DNA of 64,000 nt from Tubiluchus corallicola (lineage: Eukaryota; Animalia; Priapulida). Numbering within the stretch: position 1 is the first letter of the stretch; every line of letters begins with the position of its first letter. The position numbers and the translations under genes are program-made. Location of the stretch: contig JAQGDQ010000608.1 of assembly GCA_030141605.1 (NCBI GenBank), positions 1 through 64,000 on the forward strand, written 5' to 3'. This document shows positions 63,944-64,000 of the stretch, piece after piece. The notes under the pieces were generated by a model. It was given only the letters and a program-made list of their open reading frames with translations, made no database searches and had not been told where the DNA came from.

Positions 63944-64000
63944 CTAAACAATAACATAAAATATGCTCTGCCATCATCAATGATCGACCATAACTATTTT

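Overview
AT-rich, repeat-dense animal (invertebrate-type) genomic DNA with two spliced genes on the minus strand, both reconstructed by hand from GT-AG boundaries and phase continuity. (1) The 3' part of an ELMO/CED-12 gene: 15 exons from 63943 down to the stop at 41321, covering the ARM/ELMO domain, PH domain and PxxP tail. (2) The 5' part of a large secreted or cell-surface protein: 20 exons from 28716 down to 1104, about 1030 aa in the window and continuing off the left edge. It has a signal peptide, three repeats resembling bacterial adhesin/cadherin-like repeats, Cys-rich DCxG/CxxC repeats, an RRKR furin site, an IPT/TIG-like segment and a segment like the one preceding REJ domains. Introns and intergenic DNA hold many MITEs (piggyBac-, hAT-, Tc1/pogo- and Kolobok-like), LINE remnants, a tRNA-derived SINE and mini/microsatellites. 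The standout signal is a twister self-cleaving ribozyme (minus strand, 18780-18859). It forms the 5' end of a ~500 bp internally deleted RTE retroelement whose boundary falls at the predicted cleavage site, and it lies in sense orientation inside an intron of gene 2. All domain and family calls come from motif recognition; no searches were run.
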